Of a stretch of 64,000 nt of DNA, positions 53,177 to 62,626 are shown piece after piece. The stretch spans positions 77,562 through 141,561 of the forward strand of contig JAAYFD010000047.1 of assembly GCA_012728415.1 (NCBI GenBank), given 5' to 3'. The stretch comes from Gammaproteobacteria bacterium (GTDB taxonomy: Bacteria; Pseudomonadota; Gammaproteobacteria; Pseudomonadales; Pseudomonadaceae). The position numbers and the translations under genes were made by a program. Below the pieces are notes generated by a model that saw only the letters and a program-made list of their open reading frames with translations, was not told the DNA's origin and ran no database searches. The stretch's first letter is position 1; every line of letters starts with the position of its first letter.

Positions 53177-54133
53177 GTGTGGTGCCGGCTTGCCTGGTTG
53201 ATAACCCTGGCTGTGCTTCTGGTGGGTGGGCGTGCCGTATCTGCACAGCCTTTGGGCCAGCAGCTATTATTGTGGCAGCAGCTGCAGGAGCGTGCGAGCT
53301 ATCACGGCAGTTTCGTTTATGAACGCAAGGGCGTCTTTTCTACTCATGAGGTTTGGCGTCAGGCTGCTGCTGACGGCAATTATCGCGAGCGTTTTTTGCG
53401 CCTGAATGGCAGCAGGCTTGAGGCGTTGCGCCATAATGGCCAGCTTGCCTGTATGGTGCACGCCCGGCCCGGCGCTTTGTTGGGCGGTCCGGCCGAGCCG
53501 GCTTTGCCACTGAACCGGCTGGACCTGGAGCGCCTTGAAACCGGCTACCATACCGAGCATATTGGGCGTGGCCGGGTGGCTGCCCGTGAGGCAGCAATTC
53601 TTCTATTTACTCCACGTGACATTCACCGCTACCCGCTTGAGGTTCACTTTGATTTGGACACGGGTGTGGTGCTGAAGTCGTTGCTGCTAAATGAAGAGGG
53701 CGAGCTTTTAGAGCGCTTTCAGTTTGTCAGCTTCACAGTTGGCGAACAGCCTGACGACGCGCTGCAGGTAGAGGGCTGTCAGTCAGTGCTGGCAGGTGCC
53801 CGGCTGAAGGATGCTCCCGCTCTGGGCTGGCAGGCAGCCTGGGTGCCGGATGGCTTTGTTCCCGTGACTGAACGTCTGCAGGAGCAAGGTGGCACAAGCA
53901 GCCGGTTGTTTTTTGACGGACTGGCGCATTTCAGTATTTTTGTAACACAGACCGAACGCGGCGCAATGGATCTGGAGCACCGCCAGCTGGGACCCACAGT
54001 GGTGATCTCACGCCCCATGGAGCAGGACGCGCTGCATTACATGGTGACTGTGCTGGGCGAGATCCCGCCTGCGACCGCTCAGCGCATAGCCTTGTCTGTT
54101 TCGCTAGATGACCACGGGAGCAAGGATGATTGA
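53177..54133 (+). CDS. rseB: Sigma-E regulatory protein RseB/MucB
   Basis: Signal peptide VWCRLAWLITLAVLLVGGRAVSA. GTG start at 53177 with a GGAAGG SD (an ATG at 53141 is also possible). ..YHGSFVYERKG.. motif. Confidence 0.78.
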   Translation: MWCRLAWLITLAVLLVGGRAVSAQPLGQQLLLWQQLQERASYHGSFVYERKGVFSTHEVWRQAAADGNYRERFLRLNGSRLEALRHNGQLACMVHARPGALLGGPAEPALPLNRLDLERLETGYHTEHIGRGRVAAREAAILLFTPRDIHRYPLEVHFDLDTGVVLKSLLLNEEGELLERFQFVSFTVGEQPDDALQVEGCQSVLAGARLKDAPALGWQAAWVPDGFVPVTERLQEQGGTSSRLFFDGLAHFSIFVTQTERGAMDLEHRQLGPTVVISRPMEQDALHYMVTVLGEIPPATAQRIALSVSLDDHGSKDD

Positions 54134-54593
54134 GGAGCGTGGCCAGGTTATGGCAGTGGAGAGGGGGCAGGTCAGGGTTGCTGTAAGCCGGCAAAGCTCC
54201 TGCGGCAGTTGCAAGGCGCGTGCCGCTTGTGGGCAGGGACTGATGCAGGGCCTCAAACCAGGACGGATACATGAAGTGCTGGCCCTGTGTGAGTTGCCCG
54301 TACAGGCAGGTGATGTCGTGGTGCTGGGCGTTGACGAGTCGCTGGCGTTGCGTGGTGCGTTTCTGGTCTATTTGCTCCCTTTGCTGGCCCTGCTGGCCGG
54401 TGCGCTGCTGGCAGAGCGGACTGGGCTGGGTGAGGGCTGGGCGATTATCGGCGGGCTGGTCGGGTTTTCTTCCGCGGTTGCCGGGCTGTACCTGTACAAC
54501 CGCAGCCTGGCTGGCCGTGATGGCATGTTGCCGCGCGTGTTGCGGGTTGAGCCGGCCACGGAGCAGGTGACTGCTGTGCGCTGGTTGCCCTGA
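54126..54593 (+). CDS. rseC: RseC/MucC
   Basis: ..CGSCKARAACG.. plus two TM helices. Its ATG overlaps the rseB stop. Confidence 0.7.
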   Translation: MIEERGQVMAVERGQVRVAVSRQSSCGSCKARAACGQGLMQGLKPGRIHEVLALCELPVQAGDVVVLGVDESLALRGAFLVYLLPLLALLAGALLAERTGLGEGWAIIGGLVGFSSAVAGLYLYNRSLAGRDGMLPRVLRVEPATEQVTAVRWLP

Positions 54594-54598
54594 GTTCT

Positions 54599-54625
54599 GA
54601 ACTTGTAGCCATAGTGCAGGTCAGA
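54599..54625 (+). promoter_or_regulatory. SigmaE-type promoter upstream of the DegP/MucD gene
   Basis: GAACTT, 16 nt, TCAGA. Confidence 0.5.
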
Positions 54626-54708
54626 AAATCGTATCCCGGCTGGTGACACTTTTATACTGTGCCGGGCTGTTCACTTTAGAAGCAAATCTTGTACTGGAGT
54701 AATAAAGG

Positions 54709-56139
54709 ATGCGTACAGCGAAAGCAATCGTTGCCGGGTTGTGTGCCAGCCTGCTGATCATTCTGGCGCCGGCTGTTCATGCAAAGCTGCCAGACTTCAC
54801 TGAGCTGGTGGAAGAGTCATCACCAGCGGTGGTTAACATCAGTACCCGGCAGAAGCCGCAAGCAGTCATCAGCAGCAGGCGCGGGCAGCAGATGTTTCCG
54901 GAGCTGGAGGGATTGCCGCCCATTTTCCGTGATTTTTTTGAACACGCATTTCCGATGCCGCGCTCGCCCAACAATCCGCGTCGCCAGGAGTCCCAGTCGC
55001 TCGGCTCCGGTTTCATCATTTCTCCGGATGGTTATATTTTGACTAATAACCATGTGGTGGCCGATGCGGATGAAATTATTGTCCGCCTGTCTGACCGCAG
55101 TGAGCTGGTGGCCGAGCTGGTGGGTACTGACTCACGCACTGACGTGGCGCTGCTCAAGGTCAAGGGCAAAGGGTTGCCGGTGGTCAGAATTGGCAAGTCA
55201 CGTGACTTGAAAGTAGGTGAGTGGGTACTGGCAATAGGTTCTCCTTTTGGCTTTGACCACTCAGTAACGGCCGGAATTGTATCGGCCACAGGCCGTAATC
55301 TGCCCAGCGACAACTATGTCCCCTTCATCCAGACTGATGTAGCGATCAATCCGGGCAACTCCGGTGGTCCACTGTTTAACCTGAAAGGCGAGGTGGTGGG
55401 CATCAACTCGCAAATTTTCACCCGCTCGGGTGGTTTCATGGGGCTATCCTTCGCCATTCCGATGGAAATGGCAATGGATGTGGCTGACCAGTTGAAGAGC
55501 AGTGGCAAGGTTGAGCGGGGCTGGCTGGGGGTAGTGATCCAGGAAGTTAACAAGGATCTTGCCGAGTCCTTTGGGCTGGACAAGCCGGCTGGGGCACTGG
55601 TAGTCCAGATGCTTGAAGACAGTCCCGCCAGCAAGGGAGGGATTCGTCTGGGTGATGTCATCCTGAGCATGAACGATAAGCCTGTAGTGATGTCGGCAGA
55701 TTTGCCACACCTGATTGGTGCCTTGAAGCCGGGCGCAACCGCAAGGCTTGAAGTAATGCGGGAGGGCAAGCGCCAGACCTTAAAGATCAAGGTGGGGGCT
55801 GCACCCGGTGAGGATGGCGAGTCTGTGGCGGATGCTTCGAGCCCGGGTGGCCAGCGCATGAAAAACCCTCTGGGTATCACGGTTGGAGAGCTGAGCGCTG
55901 AACAGAAGAAGATGATCGACCTGGAAACGGGCGTGCTGATTCAGGATGTTCAGGAAGGGCCTGCGGCAATGATCGGGTTGCGTCCGGGGGATGTCATCAC
56001 CCATTTGAATAATCAGCAGGTCGATTCGGTCAAGTCGTTTAATGCTATCGTGCAAAAGCTGCCGCGTAATCGTTCATTGTCCATGCGTGTGCTTCGACAG
56101 GGCAGGGCCAGCTTCATTACTTTCAAGCTGTCGCGCTAG
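54709..56139 (+). CDS. degP: Periplasmic serine endoprotease DegP/MucD (trypsin domain + two PDZ)
   Basis: Signal peptide, ..TNNHVVADAD.., ..DVALLKV.., ..GNSGGPLFN.. Confidence 0.92.
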   Translation: MRTAKAIVAGLCASLLIILAPAVHAKLPDFTELVEESSPAVVNISTRQKPQAVISSRRGQQMFPELEGLPPIFRDFFEHAFPMPRSPNNPRRQESQSLGSGFIISPDGYILTNNHVVADADEIIVRLSDRSELVAELVGTDSRTDVALLKVKGKGLPVVRIGKSRDLKVGEWVLAIGSPFGFDHSVTAGIVSATGRNLPSDNYVPFIQTDVAINPGNSGGPLFNLKGEVVGINSQIFTRSGGFMGLSFAIPMEMAMDVADQLKSSGKVERGWLGVVIQEVNKDLAESFGLDKPAGALVVQMLEDSPASKGGIRLGDVILSMNDKPVVMSADLPHLIGALKPGATARLEVMREGKRQTLKIKVGAAPGEDGESVADASSPGGQRMKNPLGITVGELSAEQKKMIDLETGVLIQDVQEGPAAMIGLRPGDVITHLNNQQVDSVKSFNAIVQKLPRNRSLSMRVLRQGRASFITFKLSR

Positions 56140-56160
56140 ACAGCGCTGAAGGATCAGTAA

Positions 56161-56194
56161 CAGAAACCGGAGTTTGCTCCGGTTTCTGTTTTTT
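56161..56194 (+). terminator. Intrinsic terminator after degP
   Basis: 12-bp stem CAGAAACCGGAG-TTTG-CTCCGGTTTCTG followed by TTTTTT. Confidence 0.85.
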
Positions 56195-56335
56195 GGGCTG
56201 CCCAAAGTGCCCTTATCCTGCTGGAGCAGGCTGTAAATACACGGCAAAGATGACTAAAGCAGGGCGCATCAGGTAAACTTGCCTACTATTTTTACCGGCT
56301 TTGGCCGTCTGGTTCTTAAATTAGAGTGAAGTTCT

Positions 56336-58135
56336 GTGAGCGACCTGAGTCATATTCGTAATTTTTCAATCATTGCCCATATCGACCACGGCAAGTCCAC
56401 CCTGGCTGATCGCCTGATTCAGATTTGCGGTGGTTTGACCGAGCGTGAAATGGAGTCTCGCGTGCTGGATTCCATGGATCTGGAGCGTGAGCGCGGTATC
56501 ACCATCAAGGCTCACAGCGTTACCCTGGACTATCAGGCCCGTGATGGACAAACCTATCAGCTCAACTTTATTGACACGCCTGGCCACGTTGACTTTACCT
56601 ATGAAGTCAGCCGCTCGCTGGCCGCCTGTGAAGGTGCACTGCTGGTGGTGGATGCCGGGCAGGGCGTAGAAGCACAGTCTGTCGCCAACTGCTACACCGC
56701 CATTGAAATGGGGCTGGAAGTAATGCCGGTCCTGAACAAAATTGATCTGCCGCAGGCCGAGCCGGAGCGCGTGCAGGAAGAAATTGAAAATGTAATCGGG
56801 ATTGATGCCACCGATGCAGTGCAGTGCAGTGCCAAAACCGGACTGGGTGTGGAAGATGTCATCGAAAAACTGATTGAACAGATTCCTCCGCCTGAAGGCC
56901 AGATTGAGGCACCCCTGCAAGCCTTGATTATCGACTCCTGGTTTGACAACTACCTGGGCGTAGTCTCGCTGGTACGGGTCAAGCACGGCAGGGTAAAAAA
57001 GGGGGACCGGATTCTGGTCAAGTCAACCGGTCGTGTGCACCAGGTGGACAGTGTTGGTGTATTTAATCCCAAACACACCCAGACGGAACATTTGCAAGCG
57101 GGTGAAGTTGGCTTTGTTATTGCCGGAATCAAAGACATTCAGGGTGCGCCGGTGGGCGATACCCTGACTTTATCCAATACGCCCGAAGTCGAAGCCTTGC
57201 CCGGCTTCCAGCGTGTCAAGCCGCAAGTGTATGCAGGGTTGTTTCCAGTCAGTTCTGACGATTTTGAAGATTTCCGTGATGCCCTGGAGAAACTGACTCT
57301 GAATGATGCCGCACTGCAGTACGAACCCGAGACCTCAGAGGCATTGGGCTTTGGTTTTCGCATCGGCTTTCTTGGCATGCTGCACATGGAAATCATCCAG
57401 GAACGTCTTGAACGCGAATATAACCTTGACCTGATCACTACTGCGCCAACCGTGGTGTTTGAAACCGTACTCAAGAACGGTGACATTATTTATGTAGACA
57501 ACCCGTCACGCATGCCGGACCCGTCACTGATCGAGGAAATGCGCGAACCGATAGTCAAGGCCACCATTCTGGTACCGCAAGAGCACCTGGGCAATGTTAT
57601 TACGCTCTGTGTCGAGAAGCGCGGAGTTCAGGTTGACATGAGTTTTCTCGGCGCCCAGGTGCAGGTGGTGTACGAGCTGCCAATGAACGAGGTCGTGCTG
57701 GATTTCTTTGACCGGCTGAAATCGGTCAGTCGTGGCTATGCTTCGCTGGAGTATAGTTTTGACCGCTTCCAGGTGGCCAACCTGACACGTCTGGACATGC
57801 TGATCAACGGTGACCGAGTGGATGCTTTGGCACTGATTGTGCACCGTGACCAGGCCGCTGCCAAAGGCCGGATTCTGACAGAAAAAATGAAAGAACTGAT
57901 TCCGCGACAAATGTATGATGTGGCCATTCAGGCTGCCATTGGCGGACAGATCGTTGCCAGAACCAACGTCAAGGCATTACGTAAAAATGTACTGGCCAAG
58001 TGTTATGGTGGTGATGTCAGCCGCAAGAAAAAACTGCTGGAAAAACAGAAGGCCGGTAAAAAGCGCATGAAACAGGTGGGTAATGTGGAAATACCACAGG
58101 AAGCTTTCCTTGCCGTACTGCGGGTGGATGACTAA
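56336..58135 (+). CDS. lepA: Elongation factor 4
   Basis: ..[29 protein letters not shown].. 599 aa. GTG start. Confidence 0.97.
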   Translation: MSDLSHIRNFSIIAHIDHGKSTLADRLIQICGGLTEREMESRVLDSMDLERERGITIKAHSVTLDYQARDGQTYQLNFIDTPGHVDFTYEVSRSLAACEGALLVVDAGQGVEAQSVANCYTAIEMGLEVMPVLNKIDLPQAEPERVQEEIENVIGIDATDAVQCSAKTGLGVEDVIEKLIEQIPPPEGQIEAPLQALIIDSWFDNYLGVVSLVRVKHGRVKKGDRILVKSTGRVHQVDSVGVFNPKHTQTEHLQAGEVGFVIAGIKDIQGAPVGDTLTLSNTPEVEALPGFQRVKPQVYAGLFPVSSDDFEDFRDALEKLTLNDAALQYEPETSEALGFGFRIGFLGMLHMEIIQERLEREYNLDLITTAPTVVFETVLKNGDIIYVDNPSRMPDPSLIEEMREPIVKATILVPQEHLGNVITLCVEKRGVQVDMSFLGAQVQVVYELPMNEVVLDFFDRLKSVSRGYASLEYSFDRFQVANLTRLDMLINGDRVDALALIVHRDQAAAKGRILTEKMKELIPRQMYDVAIQAAIGGQIVARTNVKALRKNVLAKCYGGDVSRKKKLLEKQKAGKKRMKQVGNVEIPQEAFLAVLRVDD

Positions 58136-58138
58136 ACC

Positions 58139-58990
58139 ATGAATCTGGACTTTCCGCTTATTCTGGTCATTGCTGTTGCTGTCAGCGGAGCGTTGACGCT
58201 GGCTGACCGCCTGTGGCTGGCGCCACGGCGCCGCCAGGCGATAGAAGCCTACAAACAGCAGGTGGCCACCCCGGACGAAAAAGTTTTGCAGCGGCTGAAC
58301 AAGGAGCCAACCGCAGTTGAGTATGGCAAGTCCCTGTTTCCGGTGCTGGCGATCGTGTTTGTATTGCGTTCGTTTTTGTTCGAGCCGTTTCAGATTCCCT
58401 CTGGGTCGATGATTCCAACCCTGCAGGTGGGTGACTTTATTCTGGTAAACAAGTTTTCTTATGGTATCCGCCTGCCAGTAATCGACAAGAAAATCATTCC
58501 GCTGGGTAATCCGCAACGGGGTGATGTCATGGTGTTCAAATATCCGGAAGACCCGCGTATCAACTACATCAAGCGCGTAGTCGGCGTGCCCGGTGATATT
58601 GTTACTTACAGCTTTGACAAGCAGCTGTACATCAATGGCGAGCGGGTGACTGAAACGCTGCTGGGTGAGGAGCCGGGCAGCCTGGGCCGGGCCAGTTTGT
58701 ATACTGAGCAGCTGGGCGATCACACATACCAGATTCGCAAGGAGAACAGGCGTCGTATGGAGCCAACCCGGGAGTGGGTGGTGCCAGACGGGCATTATTT
58801 TATGCTCGGTGATAACCGCGATAACTCCAAAGACAGCCGCTACTGGAACGATCCGCATATTGCACCCGAGTTTATGGGAATGGTGCCGGACTCCTATATA
58901 GTAGGCAAAGCTTCCATCATCTGGTTAAGCTGGCCGTCACCCAAGACCGGCAACCTGCCCGGCCTGTCGCGTGCCGGCCTGATTGACTGA
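58139..58990 (+). CDS. lepB: Signal peptidase I
   Basis: ..IPSGSMIPTL.., ..YIKRVVGVPGD.., ..GDNRDNSKDSRYW.. Confidence 0.95.
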   Translation: MNLDFPLILVIAVAVSGALTLADRLWLAPRRRQAIEAYKQQVATPDEKVLQRLNKEPTAVEYGKSLFPVLAIVFVLRSFLFEPFQIPSGSMIPTLQVGDFILVNKFSYGIRLPVIDKKIIPLGNPQRGDVMVFKYPEDPRINYIKRVVGVPGDIVTYSFDKQLYINGERVTETLLGEEPGSLGRASLYTEQLGDHTYQIRKENRRRMEPTREWVVPDGHYFMLGDNRDNSKDSRYWNDPHIAPEFMGMVPDSYIVGKASIIWLSWPSPKTGNLPGLSRAGLID

Positions 58991-59020
58991 CATCTGCAAC
59001 ACCAATCCGGAGAGGAGTTT

Positions 59021-59401
59021 ATGAATAGCGCAAAGCAGCGTGGCATCTCGCTGACAGGTTGGCTGGTCATTCTGGTTCTAACGGGGTTTTTTGCCAGTGT
59101 TGGTTTCAAAATCCTGCCGCATTACATGGACAATCGTGCACTGGACAAAATGATCCGTGCTGTAGATCGTGATGTGGCCAGTGGTATCAGCGTACGCAAT
59201 GCCGGCGAGTTCCGCAGTTATATCAACAAAAACATGCAAATCAACAACATTCGTAACCTGAATGCTGCCGATATCATGGAGGTTCGCGCCGAGGGGCCGG
59301 AGCTGTTTGTTCACCTCGATTACGAAGTGCGTGAAAAGATCCTGAAAAATATCGATCTGGTGGTATCTTTTGATAAAAAGTATCGGGTGCGTACCCAGTG
59401 A
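59021..59401 (+). CDS. DUF4845-like membrane-anchored protein
   Basis: N-terminal TM helix. Conserved position between lepB and rnc, as in pseudomonad-like genomes. Confidence 0.6.
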   Translation: MNSAKQRGISLTGWLVILVLTGFFASVGFKILPHYMDNRALDKMIRAVDRDVASGISVRNAGEFRSYINKNMQINNIRNLNAADIMEVRAEGPELFVHLDYEVREKILKNIDLVVSFDKKYRVRTQ

Positions 59402-60093
59402 GTAATCCATTGAGCAGTCTGCAGCGCAAGCTGGGTTACGAATTCAAGGACAGCAGCCTGCTGACACTGGCGCTGACTCATCGCAGTTTTTCCGGGCGCA
59501 ACAATGAGCGTCTGGAGTTTCTCGGTGATGCTGTTCTCAATTTTGTAGCTGGCGAAGCGCTGTTCCATCATTTTGATCAAGCCCGCGAAGGACAGCTGTC
59601 ACGTTTGCGTGCCCGCCTGGTCAAGGGGGAAACACTTGCTATCCTGGCGCGCGAAATGGACCTTGGCAATTATTTGCGTCTTGGTTCGGGAGAGCTGAAA
59701 AGCGGCGGTTTCCGCCGTGACTCCATTTTGGCTGATGCTACCGAAGCAATCATTGGTGCAATTTATCTTGATGGCGGCATGGATGTGGCCCGTGAGCGGG
59801 TGTTGGCATGGCTGGAGCAGCAGTTTGCCGGGCTGACTCTCGTCGATACCAATAAAGATTCGAAAACCCGTCTGCAGGAATTTTTGCAATCACGCGGCTG
59901 TGAGCTGCCCGGTTACGAAGTCGTCGATATTCAGGGTGAGCCGCACTGTCGTACTTTCCACGTCGAGTGCGAGGTCAAGCTGCTTGATTACAAAACCCGT
60001 GGACAGGGCGGCAGCCGGCGGATTGCCGAACAGGTGGCGGCAACTGCAGCCCTGGTAGCTCTTGGTGTTGAAAACGGAAACAATCATGACTGA
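59398..60093 (+). CDS. rnc: Ribonuclease III
   Basis: ..[14 protein letters not shown].. signature and a dsRBD C-terminus. Confidence 0.96.
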   Translation: MSNPLSSLQRKLGYEFKDSSLLTLALTHRSFSGRNNERLEFLGDAVLNFVAGEALFHHFDQAREGQLSRLRARLVKGETLAILAREMDLGNYLRLGSGELKSGGFRRDSILADATEAIIGAIYLDGGMDVARERVLAWLEQQFAGLTLVDTNKDSKTRLQEFLQSRGCELPGYEVVDIQGEPHCRTFHVECEVKLLDYKTRGQGGSRRIAEQVAATAALVALGVENGNNHD

Positions 60094-60985
60094 AACACAA
60101 ACCAGCCGTTGCGGCTATGTGGCTGTCGTTGGCCGGCCCAATGTTGGCAAGTCAACGCTGGTCAACCATATTTTGGGCCAGAAGCTGGCGATCACCTCGC
60201 GCAAGCCGCAAACCACACGTCATAACATGCTTGGCATCAAAACCGAGGGCAGTGTACAAGCCATCTATATTGATACGCCAGGTTTGCATACGGGCGGCCA
60301 GACGGCCCTGAACCGCTTTATGAACCGCAGTGTACTGACTGCGTTGCGCGATATTGATGTGTGCGTATTTGTCGTTGACCGTATGCGCTGGACCGAAGAG
60401 GACGAGCTGGTATTTGAGCGTATCAGGCACCTGAAATGCCCCATACTGATTGCCGTCAACAAAGCTGACCGCCTGGATGACAAGTCACAGTTGCTGTCGC
60501 ACCTGCAATGGCTCAACGAAAAGCTGCCGCAGGCCGAGATTGTTCCGGTTTCTGCCTTGCACCAGCAAAATCTGGATACGCTGGAGCGACTGATCGGTGA
60601 GCGTCTGCCTGAAAATGAACACTTTTATCCGGAAGACCAGATTACTGACCGTTCCAGCCGCTTCCTGGCAGCCGAGCTGATTCGTGAAAAAATCATGCGC
60701 CAGCTGGGTGCCGAGCTGCCGTACCAGATGACGGTGGAAATTGAAGACTTTAAACATGAAGGCCGCATCCTGCATATTCATGGCCTGATCCTGGTCGAAC
60801 GGGAAGGGCAGAAAAAAATCCTGATCGGTGAAAAAGGTGAGCGTATCAAGCTGATTGGCCAGGAAGCGCGCAAAGATATGGAAGCGTTATTTGACAACAA
60901 GGTTATGCTTAACCTCTGGGTCAAGGTCAAGAAGGGCTGGTCTGACGATGAACGTGCCCTGCGCTCCCTGGGCTATCAGGACTGA
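60086..60985 (+). CDS. era: GTPase Era
   Basis: ..[27 protein letters not shown].. plus a KH domain. The ATG at 60086 overlaps the rnc 3' end. Confidence 0.95.
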   Translation: MTETQTSRCGYVAVVGRPNVGKSTLVNHILGQKLAITSRKPQTTRHNMLGIKTEGSVQAIYIDTPGLHTGGQTALNRFMNRSVLTALRDIDVCVFVVDRMRWTEEDELVFERIRHLKCPILIAVNKADRLDDKSQLLSHLQWLNEKLPQAEIVPVSALHQQNLDTLERLIGERLPENEHFYPEDQITDRSSRFLAAELIREKIMRQLGAELPYQMTVEIEDFKHEGRILHIHGLILVEREGQKKILIGEKGERIKLIGQEARKDMEALFDNKVMLNLWVKVKKGWSDDERALRSLGYQD

Positions 60986-61002
60986 CTGCAGGGCAGTACG
61001 GC

Positions 61003-61704
61003 ATGGACAGGCAGGCAGCAGACAGGGCGTTTGTCCTGCATGTGCGGCCCTACAAGGAAACCAGTGCACTGGTCGATCTGTTTACCCGCCGGCAAGGACG
61101 CCTTCGTACGGTGTTGCGTGGCTATCGCAGTCATAAAGGCAGTGCGGCACGGCCATTCAACTGCCTTGAGGTCGAGTTGCGCGGGCGCGGCGAACTGAAA
61201 ACCCTGGCCAGACTTGAGCCGGCAGAAAGCTTTCTGCTGCTGCAGGGCCAGCGGCTGATGTGTGCTCTTTATCTGAATGAGCTGAGCATGCGCTTGTTAC
61301 CACTGGCTGATCCGCAGCCGCAGGTGTTTGACCATTACGGACTGACCCTGCAGGCACTGGCTGCGGGCCAGCCGCTGGAGCCTTTGCTGCGTACGTATGA
61401 GTGGCGTTTGCTGGAGCAGCTGGGTTATGGCTTTTCTCTGGAACAGGACGCCGAAGGCAGCCCGCTGGAGCCACAGCAGTGGTACCTGTTGCAACCGGAG
61501 AGCGGTTTGTTGCCGGTTGGCGGTGTGCGCCCGGGTGCCTTTCTGGGCGCCGAGCTGCAAGCGCTGGCAGCTGTACAATGGCAGCAGCCCGAAGTTGTTC
61601 GGGCTGCCAAACGCCTTATGCGCCAGGCCCTGGCACCACATCTGGGCAACCGCCCGTTAATGAGCCGCGAACTCTTTATGCGGCACAAGGAGTCTTCTGC
61701 ATGA
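61003..61704 (+). CDS. recO: DNA repair protein RecO
   Basis: ..[20 protein letters not shown]..; gene order era-recO-pdxJ. Confidence 0.9.
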   Translation: MDRQAADRAFVLHVRPYKETSALVDLFTRRQGRLRTVLRGYRSHKGSAARPFNCLEVELRGRGELKTLARLEPAESFLLLQGQRLMCALYLNELSMRLLPLADPQPQVFDHYGLTLQALAAGQPLEPLLRTYEWRLLEQLGYGFSLEQDAEGSPLEPQQWYLLQPESGLLPVGGVRPGAFLGAELQALAAVQWQQPEVVRAAKRLMRQALAPHLGNRPLMSRELFMRHKESSA

Positions 61705-62441
61705 ATATCAAACAACGCATTTTGCTGGGTGTAAATATTGATCATATTGCGACTGTGCGCCAGGCCCGCGGAGGCCGCGATCCTGATCCGGTGAAAGCGG
61801 CACTGCTGTGTGAGCAGGCTGGTGCCGACGGCATCACCATTCATTTGCGTGAAGACCGTCGGCATATCCAGGACCGGGATGTCGAGCTGCTGCGCGAGCT
61901 GATCCGCACACCAATGAACTTTGAAATGGCGGTCACCGAAGAAATGCTCGCCATTGCTGAGCGCATCAGGCCGGAAAATGTCTGTCTGGTACCTGAAACG
62001 GCAGAAGAGCTGACCACCGAAGGCGGACTCGATGTTGCCGGTCAGGAAGCCCGGGTTGCAGTAGCGGTAGAGCGCTTGCAAAAGGCTGGCTGTACGGTTT
62101 CAATTTTCCTTGATGCTGATGAGCAACAGATTCTTGCGGTGAAGCGCACCGGCGCGACAGTCATCGAACTGCATACGGGGCACTATGCAGCAGCCAGTGA
62201 CGCAGCCGAACAGCAGCAAGAACTGGAGAAAGTCCGCATGGCTGCAGCTTTTGCCCAGAAACAGGGGCTGGTGGTCAATGCAGGCCATGGCCTGAACTAC
62301 CATAACGTGGAAGCCATTGCTGCGATTCCCGGTATCAATGAGCTGAATATCGGGCACGCTATTGTGTCCCATGCCCTGTTCGTTGGGCTGGAAAACGCAG
62401 TAGCGGAAATGAAAGCGCTGATGCTTGGCGCCGCCGGCTGA
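61701..62441 (+). CDS. pdxJ: Pyridoxine 5'-phosphate synthase
   Basis: [24 protein letters not shown].. The true start is the ATG at 61701 (ATGA overlap with recO), not the long 61401 track ORF. Confidence 0.95.
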   Translation: MNIKQRILLGVNIDHIATVRQARGGRDPDPVKAALLCEQAGADGITIHLREDRRHIQDRDVELLRELIRTPMNFEMAVTEEMLAIAERIRPENVCLVPETAEELTTEGGLDVAGQEARVAVAVERLQKAGCTVSIFLDADEQQILAVKRTGATVIELHTGHYAAASDAAEQQQELEKVRMAAAFAQKQGLVVNAGHGLNYHNVEAIAAIPGINELNIGHAIVSHALFVGLENAVAEMKALMLGAAG

Positions 62442-62531
62442 CCCATCCCCTTGCGTCATCCGGCGTCTGCCGGATGACAGTTGCCTGACCATAACCTGAA
62501 TCAAGAAACATCTTGGTCAGCTACTTGATAT

Positions 62532-62579
62532 CTACTATATCTGCGTATAGTATCTGCGCAGAATCCCTATAACTTGTGT
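62532..62579 (+). promoter_or_regulatory. Possible tandem NrdR boxes upstream of nrdJ
   Basis: CTACTATATCTGCGTA (62532-62547) and TCCCTATAACTTGTGT (62564-62579), 32 bp apart. Partial matches to acaCwAtATaTwGtgt. Confidence 0.35.
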
Positions 62580-62626
62580 TTTGCGCCTTGCTGTGTAAGC
62601 TGCAGGGCATCTACAGGAGTGCCCCC

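Noticed and set aside
57977-58858. 293-codon minus-strand ORF opposite lepB and the lepA 3' end
   Set aside because: It is antisense to two highly conserved genes and has no recognisable motifs.
61401-62441. 346-codon version of the pdxJ ORF starting at 61401
   Set aside because: The upstream 100 codons overlap recO in another frame and are A/G/R/P-rich. The conserved PdxJ N-terminus ([20 protein letters not shown]) starts at the ATG at 61701 with an ATGA overlap to recO.
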